Positions 63,796 to 64,000 of a stretch of 64,000 bases of DNA are shown piece after piece. Under the pieces are notes generated by a model. It worked only from the letters and a program-made list of their open reading frames with translations, had not been told where the DNA came from and did no database searches. The stretch spans positions 96,001 through 160,000 of the IMG/VR virus record IMGVR_UViG_3300020048_000009, one strand, 5' to 3'. The stretch comes from a virus. Lineage: Duplodnaviria > Caudoviricetes. The position numbers were made by a program, and so were the translations under genes. How positions within the stretch are numbered: the stretch's first letter is position 1; the number at the start of each line of letters is the position of its first letter.

Positions 63796-64000
63796 AAAAA
63801 ATTATTGTAGTGGGTAGATTTTTGGTTGCAGATACAACTAATAAAAATGGTTCATATTCCAGAATATATGATAAGGAATATGTACATTTTTTAAAAACCT
63901 CGGTTAATAGTAGAGAGAAAAACAAAAAATAATATGAATACACAAGATGCAGAGTATATAAATACGACAATAAAAGAAGAAGGATTTGATTATTGTTTTG

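Larger units (their letters stand above)
935..63970 (+). other. Many further short, tightly packed + strand hypothetical ORFs with SD sites; no recognisable function
   Basis: ORFs abut or overlap by a few nt and carry AAGGA/AGGAG SD motifs, typical of large-phage accessory regions. Confidence 0.7.

Noticed and set aside
1440-63970. Most minus-strand and nested alternate-frame ORFs of the track (e.g. 1440, 4819, 8101, 13310, 26765, 37130, 57730)
   Set aside because: They overlap well-supported + strand genes, show low-complexity F/I/L/S-rich shadow composition and lack SD or motifs.
1-64000. Genome-wide TAG reassignment (code 15)
   Set aside because: At least 16 ORFs end in TAG, many directly followed by the next SD or promoter, and long genes here have no internal TAG. 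Only the leader and Pth2 need read-through. Other genome regions cannot be judged.
1-64000. CRISPR array, IS element, integrase, rRNA or DGR
   Set aside because: No regularly spaced repeat-spacer array, transposase, recombinase, rRNA or reverse-transcriptase motifs were seen.

Overview
This is a very AT-rich, gene-dense stretch, almost all on the + strand, that reads as the accessory/host-takeover part of a large (jumbo-type) tailed phage genome. That assignment is inference: no capsid, terminase or polymerase gene lies in the window. It carries well over a hundred short hypothetical ORFs, several in paralogous families. It also has a rich RNA/tRNA repair and translation-rescue set: RNA ligases of four families (Rnl2-like, Rnl1, DRB0094-like, RtcB), Tpt1/KptA, Thg1, two nucleotidyltransferases, a metallophosphoesterase, a HAD phosphatase, NADAR and an S4-domain protein. 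Other recognisable genes are dCMP deaminase, DenV, a CoaD-kinase fusion, QueC-like, NIF3-like, radical SAM, DnaJ, thioredoxin, an HD hydrolase, a stand-alone GGDEF protein, a prepilin-like protein, SPFH and an ankyrin island. The main discovery, missed by the ORF track, is a compact amber (UAG)-dependent module at 43.5-44.3 kb. It comprises a leader mini-ORF (MNNDKVKC-TAG-VLKPP-TAA) whose 3' end can pair with and hide the next gene's Shine-Dalgarno, a hypothetical gene, a Pth2-like peptidyl-tRNA hydrolase split by one in-frame TAG, and, 3 nt later, a tRNA with a CUA (amber-suppressor) anticodon. Many other genes here end in TAG, so this looks like local, regulated read-through rather than genome-wide recoding. 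Also seen are a tRNA-like element lacking the anticodon arm and a recurrent non-canonical promoter, GT(G/A/T)TA(T/C)-N18-TATAAT-like (24 copies). All family calls come from motif recognition by eye; no database searches were run.
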